Assembly (NCBI RefSeq): GCF_009914755.1
Contig: NC_060933.1
From: the human T2T-CHM13v2.0 reference genome, Homo sapiens
Reading direction: 5' to 3' (one strand)
DNA length: 64,000 nt
This document shows positions 42,556 through 56,902 of this stretch, piece after piece. Position numbers and translations under genes: made by a program. Numbering within the stretch: position 1 is the stretch's first letter; every line of letters starts with the position of its first letter. The notes below the pieces were generated by a model. The model searched no databases. It saw nothing but the letters and a program-made list of their open reading frames with translations, and was not told where the DNA came from.

Positions 42556-44179
42556 CTCAGATCAATGATAAGTGAAACAGCCATGACATATACACATTAG
42601 TCCTATTGAGAAGGAAAACTAAAGCAAGAGTAAGAAAATAAAGAGGAAGAACAGCATATGAGAAAACCAGACCTGAGGCTAAGCAATCGTTTATCAGGAA
42701 GGGGCAGTGGGCAACTCCTCTGCTAGTATGTAATTTGATTTGAGCCAATCCAGGAAATATCTCTAACTTATCTTTGGCCCCTGATAATAAGCCTTCAGGT
42801 AATAGTCACATTGACTAAAGAAGTTTGGGTTTCTTTAGACATATAAAGACATTCAGGCAGCATCATCAGCAAAAAGGGTGGAACACAGGACTTTATTATT
42901 ATTTGTCCTTTGACAAGCTCACAAATTAATCATCCCCACCAATCAGCGGAGTCACTATCTTTAGCTAATTAGTCAAGGCTAGATGCACATGTTCACTTGA
43001 AAAAAAAAACCCTTTATTACAAATTGTACATTTACAAAATTTCTACTATTATCTTCATGATCAATTCCTGAGATTCCTGTTCCATGTGCATTAGATGTCT
43101 TTGAGGTTGACAATTATTTTCTCCTAACGTGTCTGTCTCTTTGCTTTGTGTTTTTCTTTTAGCCTATATTCACAGTATGTTCTCGGCATTACCTTTGTCT
43201 CCAAACAGGAGGTGGTTTTGAAGTTACCTTTGATAAAGAAAGCTCAAAAGAGAAAATATTTGTTGTAATTGCATTAATTAGGTTACAAAAAAAAAAAAAA
43301 AGATGATGTATTTTCTGTATTCGCTTTTTGGGTAAAGATGGCTGTTACCCCTGGTAGTCATGTGAGTTACCAGGAGAAATATCACCCTGGTTCATTTCTC
43401 TCATATCTTTAAATAGTCATAATTCTAAACTCCTTAAGAGATTATGATATAAAGTGAGTTATAGAATATATAGTCCTTCTGCAGATGATTCTTTATATGA
43501 TTAGACATAACAGTTTGGTCTATGAGTGCAAAGGATATGTTGCAAGTGATTGATTGACTAGAAATAATTCAACATTCTTTTTTGCAAGAGTCTCCTTTTT
43601 TTCAGATGCTTTCTCTGTTCTGAGTGTCATCATCTACCACTGTTAGCTTTAGTTTTTTTTTTTTCTCTATGTTGTTTTCTAACACGGATACAAGGTAAGA
43701 TGAACACCACAGTCAAAATGGCATCATGCTGCTGAAGCTGACATCAAGCACTTTTGGCGGTCTTCAGAAAACAGCTTCACTTGGTTCTGTGCTTAATGTC
43801 TAAGATGTGGAATCTGCCAAGGCACCTGCCATTTTATATAGCTCTCTAATCTTCCTTTTTATTAGCTGTCTGCAAACATCATCACACTGACTGCTTGGTT
43901 TAAATTGTGTTCACTCTTGTAATGTAAAAAGATAAGAACTGTCCCCAAAGATATAAACTTAGACTCTTGTATTGTAGACAGTTATGTTTTCAACGTAATT
44001 TTCCTTGAAACAAAATTCCTTTATAATTCAACAAGAAAAGAGTCTATCTGTTTGCCTCCTAAGTAAATATTTTGCATTACAATTGTCCAGATGTGCAAGA
44101 TGCTTACTGAAGCTTTCTTTGTTTAATCACTAATTTTTTAGATCAGTTGTTTAAAAAGGCACACACTATGGCCTATATT

Positions 44180-44725
44180 CTCATTCATTCACATATTTAT
44201 TTCATTCATTCAAATAACATTAATTGGGTTCCTGCTACAAACCTTATACTGTGTTATGTAGTGTAAATACCAAGAAGAATAGGATGCTTTTATTTGAGAA
44301 ATCAGGTAGGAAAGATAAACCCACAAAAACATAAATTAAAATACATCATGTTAAGTGCTATAATAGACATATGAGCAAAATGTCTTGGGAGCACAGAGGG
44401 ATTGCTCTCTAAGTTCAAATAAGGGAGTATAAGGTTTTACAGAGGAGGGAGAGATATTCCAGTTAGTCTAGTCAGTGTGCTGCAGAGAGGGGAGAGAGTG
44501 GGAGAGGGATGATGGCGGGAAAGGGCATTCTCAATAGAGGGAACGTGAAGAATTTAGTGTGGTTGGAACAAAGGGAGCTTTCTAGAGGAAGATCAGGATA
44601 GGAGGTTGAAAATGTCACCTGGGCCAGATTGTGAAAAATGTATGTGTCATGCTAAAGAGCCTGGAATTAATTGCCTGGGTATTGGGTAACCAATAGAAAT
44701 ATGACTAAGAGCTAAGAACTGGATC
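44180..44725 (-). mobile_element. L2 fragment
   Basis: (CATT)n L2 tail, AAGTGCTATAATAG, GGGCCAGATTGTGAA. Confidence 0.75.
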
Positions 44726-46059
44726 TGTGCTGCAGAGGCGACCCTATTTTCAAACAGGCTGTATAGTGAAATACCAGAAAGCAAAACTGCAACACCCCCT
44801 AGTGCAAGAGCTCGCACCACGTTCCTATCCTGGAATGAGGCTCCTGCAGGCCTGGGTGAGGGTTGATTGCTGAGGTAGCAAGTGAGTAGGCAGTTAAAGG
44901 GACCTGGAAAAAAACAAAACAGGGAACACGAAGGAGAAGACAGGGCCACAGGGAGTGAAGAGTGGTTTGGAGTAGGATTTCTTCACCTGCTTTGGGGTTT
45001 ACGGTTTACCCTGCCTTTTCAGAGTTAAAGAATGGGGACAAGAGCTAGGAGGTACAAAGGAACCTTTGGATCCTCTTTTTTTTTTTTTTTTTCCTCTCTC
45101 TCTCTTCCTTTTCTTCCAATGGGGAAATGAATCCACTTTGAGACTACTCTGGAGGCCTTAGAGGCAGAGGCAGAGTGGGCAGAGCATATGTACAAGTCAG
45201 GGTCTGTCTGTGTGTGACTAAGAAAGGATGGAGTTCATAGTAAAGCAAGCCCTGAGTCAGGAGTCAGTCCTTTCCCAGGGGAGCTGCATTGCTTTCAAAT
45301 GAGATGTCAGAATTTCACCCTTACTTTGAACTTTTTCACAATGTTAAATGTGGGCCAGAATTTGGCTCAGACCCCTTTCTAAGTCTACTTTTCACATTTT
45401 CCTTAGTACGGAAACAGTCGGAGCCTGTTCCTTTTTCGTCTAACCTCCGTTGCTACCATATTAGTAACTACAGCTTGCTTCCCTGGTGGTTGTTGCATCT
45501 GTGAAGAAGAAGCAGGGCATAACATCATCCATTCTATAGAAATGAAGGACTTGGAACATTACTTAGTTTACTTATTCATCACTTGCATTACCTCTATATT
45601 GTATTTCATCCCTCTTATGTGATCTTTAGGCTGTGTTTGAAAGACTCTACCATGGAAAACTCACCAGTTACCTGTGCCCTGGATAGCCATGTTTTACAAT
45701 AATGTTCTTTTTAATATTGAGCTGGATATGTTTTCTTGAACCTTTCAGCTCATGTTTTTATCACTTGAAACCAAAGCCAAATTGCATCTCTCTTCCACAT
45801 AAGACTCATTCAAATATCTGAAAGAAGCTAACACATTTCTTAGCTCCTTTAAGGGGGAAATGAAAAAGAATGCTGGAGGACTCACTGCTTCATGTTAGAT
45901 ATTAAGGTAGGATCATTCACTTGCATTAGCTTCCTTGTGAGGAAAAGCAAAAGAAAATACAACAAATATACAAATAAACCAGTTAAAAAAAAAAAGAGTT
46001 ACTTTCCCAAGGTAAGTGGTAAAGCAGGTATGTAAAGTTAGAGTAAATTATAAATTTTT

Positions 46060-48740
<2,681 letters not shown>

Positions 48741-50606
48741 AAGTGACTCCATTGCTATAACCACTACACGTGCTGCCACTGCTTACAATTTTGAGTCCAT
48801 CACCATGCTATAGAATATGCATGGCTAAGACAAGATTTACTGACATTTGGGTACACTCAGCATTTACATAATCTGCCTATTCTTATCTCTCCTCTTCCAT
48901 AGGAAAACCTAGAAAGATAAAATCAGACAGGTAGGTGGGTAAGAGGGAAGGTTTTAGTAAGAGAGACTAGGTTGAACTACATAATAAAATGCTGGAAGAA
49001 AGGAGAGTGAGATACATATGTAGCAAAAGTGGCAAGAACTAGGGCTTAAGAAGAGCTTAAGGTTTTGATGAAGATTTGAAACATTGCAGTGTGAAAGATT
49101 TGACAGGTGAAGAAAAGGATTTGTGAAAAGAGTTGCCGTGAGTTACAGATTTGATCACCTTTAATGATCTTTGAAAGAGTAAAGTGAATATTGGTATTCC
49201 TCTTTAATTAATAATCATTGTATAATCTCTGCTTCTTTGACTGACATTCTGCATATTTTGAAGGGCAAAATAGGTTATTTATAGACTTCTAAATGTGTGG
49301 TGCTCAAATCTAAACACGACACTTTGAGTGTGAAAATATTAAACAGCTCTCACATGGAAAGAAGAGCTACATCCTATTTTCAAATACACAGGAAGGACAA
49401 AAGGAAATTAGATCTAAGATCTATAATAAAAAGGAAATTAGTTTTCTTATTCCTAATCTTTCTTCTGTATTTAAAAACTGAGTCTACTTATTCTAACGTT
49501 TAGCCTCTGGATCCTCTCTATCTATCCAAACATACCTTCACATTTTCAGTAGGCATTCTCTATTCTCTTCAGTCGCTCTAATGGTTTACCCTGCAAATCA
49601 TTAAACCCACATAGTCTCAGATAAATTTAAGTGATTTCTTTTGACCACCTCCTCCTCACACACATTCCAAAATATACACGCATGCAAAAACAAAAACAAA
49701 ACCCAGCCATCTTTCTTTGGTTTCTGGTTTCCTTCAGTGATTTTTTTTTCTAGATATTCTACAAAGAATATGAGTGGAATTCACTGAGTTGGAATAGAGG
49801 CAGAGGTTCAGTGTTATTGATAAGGTTTAGAATAATAATGAACTGCACAACATTTACCTAAACTTTATAAATATGGTAAAAATACAGAGAAATGATAGCC
49901 ATGAGCTTTACCTTCAGGGAGATCATGATATAGTCAGGGAAGTAAAAGGGTTTTTGAGAAATGCTTAAAAATAGAGGACATAAACAATTTTAGCCAACAG
50001 ATTGGTATGAAATGTGTTGTTACAGAAAGGTTTCTATTCCAAATGAAAGACCTTCCTATCCTCCATACCAACCACCACTGTGGGACGCCTCATGTTAAGA
50101 TGGTAAACAATGTGATTGTGGACCCTATTTGGTCATTAGTGAACTCTGATTTAGAACAGTTTACGTATTTAACCTCTATAGGCCTGGATTTTATTATTTG
50201 AAGACAAAAATGATTAAAATGAATAATAGTTGAAGCATTTTTCAATCTAAAAATCTGTTACTGGGCTTCCCTTTTATAAGAAGGGCATGAGTATACCTAC
50301 AGTGGCTAATGCAAGCCATCAGAAGTATCTACATAGAGTGCACGTAAATGGAAGCATGACCATGGGATATTGTAGGGATAGACTAGGTTTCACAGGCAGG
50401 TTCAAATTTGGGCCCCTTCACTCAAATATTTAAATGTTTCCTGGAGATGGGTCTGGAGTTATCAAGAATTATTTTCCTTTTTTAATTTCTCCATAAGGAC
50501 ATTGCAGATAATTAAGTTTTACCATTTATCTATGGAGTACAGTGTGGAGATGATAGCTCCATTTCAACCCATTGACGTTTTAAACTTTTATAACGAGAAC
50601 ACTAGT

Positions 50607-50954
50607 GTTTTAGTTTGTTCTAGCTGCTTTAACAAAATACCATCAATTTAGTGCATTGAAACAACAGAAATGTAGGTCTCACTGTTCTGGAGTCTGGGAA
50701 GTCCAAGATCAAGGTACAGGCAGGAGTACTGTATGTTGAAAGCCTGCTTCCTTAGAGACAGCACTTTCTGTGTCCTCACATTCTGAGAGGGGCAAGGTAA
50801 CTCCCTTGGGCCTCTTTTATAAGGGCACTAATCCCTTTCGTGATTCATGAACCTAATCATTTCCCAAAAGGCTTCATTGCCTAAGACCATCACCTTGGGG
50901 GTTAGGACTTCAGCAGAGTAATTTTGAGAGGATAAAAACATTCAGGCCATAGTA
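50607..50954 (-). mobile_element. MLT1A-type LTR
   Basis: TGTTCTGGAGTCTGGGAAGTCCAAGATCAAGG...TTTTATAAGGGCACTAATCCC. Confidence 0.85.
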
Positions 50955-51674
50955 CCTTGTCACTGCAGGGCTACGCTGTACCTTTATCCAAGGGTGCTCA
51001 TATATAAATTCAGTTCTGAGTGTTCTATCTCAGAGGCCAGATTAGGATTTCTTTGTACTCTCCTAATTTACTTGAATTACAATATACTTGGTAGTTATCG
51101 CCCTGATGATTTCCTCTTTGCCCCAATTATTTGGAAGTAGACATATTGGCATACACATAAGCTGAGGAATGTTAGGGAAACACTGCTCATTTATCAGATA
51201 CAGCAAGTTAAAATGGAATACCTGTTATAATAGGTGAAGGTTTATTGCTAGTAATAAGCAGAAAGTGCTGGAGCAAGGGGTAGGGTTGAGAATCTGTTGA
51301 AGGTCAGCCAAACAATGTACGAAGAGAGGAAATTAGATGACAGGACCTTGCACACAATATGTAACTAGGATTCATTGATAAAAATATACGAATAGTAGAT
51401 GGATGGAATGATGGATAGATGGATGGAGTGAAAAATTATTAATATTAAATGTTAATATGAAAATGTTATGTAGTTCCAACTTCACAATTTTGCTACAGAT
51501 TGAATCAGCTATTACATTTAATTGCTATATTGAATTCACTTAAGTCTATGTTGTACTTTTCTGTCCATGAGTGAGGAAAATAAAAACATAATGTTTTCTA
51601 ATAGCTATTGGTGCAAAGCTAAGGATATATTTCTCTCTGCTACTTTCATATTGTTTCATATTAACATACATGTT

Positions 51675-52140
51675 AAATTCTGTCATTTATGACAACATGG
51701 ATAGAACAAGGGAACATTATGCAAAGTGAAATAAGTCAGGCACGAAAGTCAAACTTCACGTTCTTATAGGTAGACTCTAAAACAGCTGAAGTCACAGAAA
51801 TAGAGAATAGAATGGTGGTTATAGAGGCTGGCTGTTGGAGAGAATGGAGTGATGATAGTCAAAGGGTACAAAATTTCAGTTAGACAAGAAGAATAGGCTT
51901 TTTTTCTTGTTAGTTCTATTGCACAGCATGGTAAATCTAACTAATTATAGAGTATTTTATATTTGAAAATTGCTAAGAGGATAAATTTCAAATCTTCTCA
52001 CCACAAAAAATGTTAAGAATTTAAATTGATGGATATGTTAACTAGCTTAATTATTCCACATTGGAGTCATAAACTATAACATTAGTTTTTACCCCATAGA
52101 TTTATACAATTACAAATTGTCAATTTATAACAAAAATTAT
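51675..52140 (+). mobile_element. L1MA-type 3' end
   Basis: GACAACATGGAT...AAGTGAAATAAGTCAGGCAC...AAAATTGCTAAGAG...TACAAATTGTCAATTT. Confidence 0.85.
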
Positions 52141-52923
52141 AAAATGTACCAACCTTGAAAGCTGCATTCTGTTTTTCTCACTTCACCTAAAAAATACAAA
52201 ACACACACAAAAAGGAAACTGAAATAAAAGCCAATTAAAGTAACACAAGAAGTCAAAAAGACATTTTCTTTTTTTCTTTTAACTTTTACCCATTTTTCTT
52301 GTTGACAGGAAAGAAGCATTTAACTACAGAGAGAAAAAAAAACTGATAAAACTCTTTTTCTCCTACATTGTTTTTAATATATTTTTACTTTTTAAATTTT
52401 GTCATAATTTGCTTTTTAAAATTTCTTATGAGTATAGAAATTATGAATGACAATGAGTAAAAATGCAGAGGGGATGTTTAATAAACATGATTAAATTGTA
52501 TGAAAGAAAAAATTATATAGGCAGCACTTATCCCATGGAAGCCATCATGATAAGATTTTTGATAAATTCAGGCAAGAGTATTTTAAGGTGCTATTACAAT
52601 TTCTTCTCAGGTTCTATATTTCTACTCTTGAATGCTGATTAGAACACAGGCTTTTGCGTCTTCTCTCTCCTTACTCCCCTAATAATCTGTTCTCCCTTAT
52701 GGACCAAGTGATTATTCTGTTGTTTATAATAAATGCTCTACATTCCTTATGGAAATTGTAATTATGATGCTGAATATTCAAACTGCAAGCCACTTTTGTC
52801 AGGGAAATTGTAATTATGATAATGCTGTATTTACCCAACCGATGTTTTTTTTAGTCATTGTTCTCTTTGAGGAATAAAGAGGTAAGAGAAAAAAACTAAC
52901 ATAAAACATCATGTTGGGATTTA

Positions 52924-53269
<346 letters not shown>

Positions 53270-53527
53270 CTAATCTTTACTATGGCAGGCATGACACAAC
53301 CAGGCTTACATGTGTATGACACAGATGCATGTTACAGGCATATGTGAATCACAAAGGTTTCTCCTTTAACCCGCACAACAACCTCATGAGGTAAGTAATA
53401 GTATTGTCCCAATTTTATAGACGAAGGACATGAGGCCTTTGTTCGGCACCACGACGTGAAGGCCTACGGAGTATTTGATACATCAATATATGTAACATGA
53501 CTCTACTTTTGTTAAAAATATGTTTTT

Positions 53528-53548
53528 ATATATATATATATATATATA
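53528..53548. repeat. (TA)n microsatellite
   Basis: Direct inspection. Confidence 0.9.
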
Positions 53549-54405
53549 TGTAATATCCAATTGTGCATAGAAACAAATCTAAAGGAGTAGCTATCAGACA
53601 CTTAAAGTAACCTTTTAATAAGAGGTTGAAGAGGGAACTTTTTTCCTTCATGATACATGAATATTATGCTTTAAGTGTTTATAATATTTTTTTATAAGGA
53701 GAAAATAAATTTTTAAAAATGTAACAACATAGAAAGAAGGACATCCAAAAATAAATGCAAAAATTATACTATTTTAATAAGAAAGCAAAAACCAAACAAA
53801 ACACAAGGCCGATCACTGAAACAGCTTATTAGGTGGGTCCCTAGATAAAATGGGAAGCAGACCTCCAATAACTCCTTTCATCTGCCTGCCTTCTTTCTAG
53901 CTTGCCAGATCTGTACAACCAGAGCCCCAAATAAGGATGGAAGCTCTATCCTTTCCTCCTTAGCTCAGCAGTAATTGTTTAGGATTGTTTCAATATTGAT
54001 AAGCAACTACTGATCACCCACCATGTATAAGCACTTTATAAGCAGGTTTCAATATTCTATAATAACCATTTTACTCCGCTTTCACAAATGAGAAAATTGA
54101 GTCTCACAAAAGTCATTTATTTGCCCAAATTTACCAAGTTAGCCTGTGTTCTTTTAATTTGACAAATTGACCCACCTCGACCAAAAGTAAAGTAAGATTG
54201 AAAAGAAACTCAGAAACTGAAGGCAAACAAAAACAGGAAATTAAAAAGATAAGGACAAAGTGTATAAATTAGTGAGTTTTTAGAGGACGACCCTCTTGTA
54301 CAGCTTAAGAACTCCCAGGACCTATTCTTGGACCTTTTCTGGACTTTGTTATGTTTCTAACACCCCACCCAAGAAATTCCAACCCCTTATCGCACACACA
54401 CCCCT

Positions 54406-54407
<2 letters not shown>

Positions 54408-54448
<41 letters not shown>
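54408..54448. repeat. (CA)n microsatellite
   Basis: Direct inspection. Confidence 0.95.
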
Positions 54449-54449
<1 letters not shown>

Positions 54450-54539
54450 CCCACACTAAGCTTCTCTCCACTCCTTTGGCAGCATCCATCTGCTGCAATG
54501 GGACCGTTCAATTATCCATTTCTGATTTTCCATACCTGA

Positions 54540-55750
54540 AAATGTGGATGAGCTGTCCAACCTAATAGCAACAGGGGTAGATGCTGGGTCTCAATTCAGT
54601 ATTATTCCCCGGTTCAGCCTGCTAGTCAGTAGTAAGCTGATTATGACATCTACTACCTTAGAAGGAGCAGTAACTCATTTTGACTAGAACTGAGCCAATT
54701 CCAAATTAGGGTTTGCCTTATATGCCTGCAGGGCCTTGTTTAGCACCAAGATCTGAGGGCCTACAGAGTGTCTGAAAGGTGAATACATAATTCTGCATAA
54801 TATCATCCAGACCAATGCGACTACTTTGGACGGAGGTAGAAAGTGGGTACATAGTCAGGAGATCCACTTGTCCTGGTACGCACTGCATGCCGCAGAAGGT
54901 GCTGGTCTGATGAGTGATGGAACAGCCTTTGGAATCCTAAAGATGTGGTAAATTCTCTAAATCAATGACCATTCTTTGATACTGCATCCCCAACAGGTAG
55001 AATACATGGGTCTAGGAACGAAGGGGAAAATATAGAAGTGGTTGAACCTAGCATCACTTCCACAGTCTTAAACGGGAAATTTGCATTTCCTGTTCACAAA
55101 AGTTTAGGCTCTGTGGGTCTAGAGATCTTGGTTTTCAGAGGGAGGTTGCTTCTGAGAGGAGACACTGCCTCTGAGAGGGGACACAGTACGAATCTCATTA
55201 AGCTTCAAGCTATATCCTACACCAAATTACTTTGGGCTCCTGTGCCAAGAGATTGGCAGCAAGGAGAAGCGTCACTCTCTTTGCCAGGACAATTATCTCC
55301 TCATCAGGATCTGATATGGCTGCTATTACACAATAAGGGCAGAAAAGAATATCTGGCATGCAGGTGATACACTAGGCATTTTGTGAACTTTCCTTGCTTT
55401 TTTTTTTTTTTTGTAATAAACGGACAAGTGCAGCAGCCTAAAAATAAAATGTTGAGGAGGGGTTCAGATCCCTTAGTAATAGTCTGTGTTACCCCATAAG
55501 GTAGGCCACATATGTTCATTAGGGTACTGGCTGAGGATGGGAGAATTTTAGAATGGGTAGGAGAAGAGAAGAAGAGAAGAGAAGAGAAGAGAAGCGAAGC
55601 GAGAGATATTAAGTATCTATTGTGAGCTTGAATAGCAGGGGCCATGGTTCCCCACTAATCTTCTTCTAAGAGGTTTCCTAAAGATGGCAACCTATTCGGA
55701 TTCTGGAGGAGCTGTTCTCAGATGGGATAAATATATTATATGATGCAAGT
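54540..55750 (+). mobile_element. ERVL (HERV16/ERV3-16-like) internal relic: integrase and dUTPase-region remnants
   Basis: Degenerate matches to ERVL peptides (GFA..AC, GLTECL, EIH.SW, GRIHGSRN, SVGLEILV, IWLLLHNKGRKEY); frameshifted. Confidence 0.75.
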
Positions 55751-55754
55751 AGTG

Positions 55755-56080
55755 CCAAGTAGATGCCACATGGCATCACCCACTTCGTGACAAAGACTCA
55801 CTGCCCTAGCTGCCTGAAGTGCTGGCTGCTGGTAGCCCACAGCTGAGTCCTTCTCTGGGAATTTTCCACCTTCCACCCGAGGGAACTGCCTTGACCAAGA
55901 CAGGTTATTCACAGGCAGCTCATGCTAATGACTGATTAATATTGTACTACAAAGACCGGACTCCCTTTCCTCAGCTTGGGACACCTATAAATACATTGAT
56001 CCCAAGTAACTTCCCAATAAATTTCATGCATGAAAACCTCTGTCTTAGAGTTTGTTTCACCAGAAAATTTACCTAAATCA
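55755..56080 (+). mobile_element. LTR16-family LTR
   Basis: CCCACAGCTGAGTCCTTCTCTGGGAATT...AATAAATTTCATGCATG..CTCTGTCTTAGAGTTTGTTTC. Confidence 0.75.
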
Positions 56081-56407
56081 AGGTAAATTTGGAAGACATG
56101 GAGCAGAGAGTTGAACACAGATATGTCAGGCTCTGAAATCCATATCCTTTCCATTATATCTTTCTACCTATCAAAAGGAAGAGTTGAAACAAATTTTCAG
56201 AACATTTTTTTGTATGCAGTAGACATAGGCAATGATGGTATATTTCAGCCTGTAAGTCATCATTCTTCATTATTACACAATAGCTACAATTATACTGCCA
56301 TTGGAATATTAAACTAATGTATTTAGATCTCTTGAAATCTAGACATCTACAGAGATGTTAGTAGATATGTACAAACACACGTTGATTTATAATATTATAT
56401 TAAAATA

Positions 56408-56902
56408 CAGTTGACCCATGAACAGCACAGATTTGAATTGTGCAGATGCACTTATACATGGACATTTTTCCATAAAAATTATATAAGTATGCCTGCTTCC
56501 CCTTCCACCTCCCCCACCTCTTCTGCCTCTGCCATGCCCGAGAGAGCAAGACCAACCCCTCCTCTTCCTCTGCCTTCTCAGTCTACTCAATGTGAAGAGA
56601 AAGAGGATGAAGACCTTTATGATGGTCCAGTTTTACTTAGAGTAAATATATTTTCTATCCCTTATGATTTACTTAATAACATCTTCTTTCCTGCAGTTTA
56701 TTTTATTATAAAAATACAGCATACAATACATATAATATACAAAAGATGTCTTAACCTACTGTTTATGTTATCAGTAAGCCTTCCAGACAGCAGTAGGCTA
56801 TTCGTAGTTAAGTTTTGGGGGAGTAGAAAAGTTATACACAGATTTTCAACTGTGTGTGGGGGGCTTAGTTTCCCAACCCTTGCATTGTTCAAAGCTCAAG
56901 TG
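56408..56902 (+). mobile_element. Tigger2a (MER28)-type DNA transposon
   Basis: TA|CAGTTGACCCATGAACA ... TGTTCAAAGCTCAAGTG inverted termini; GAGGATGAAGACCTTTATGATG internal. Confidence 0.85.
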
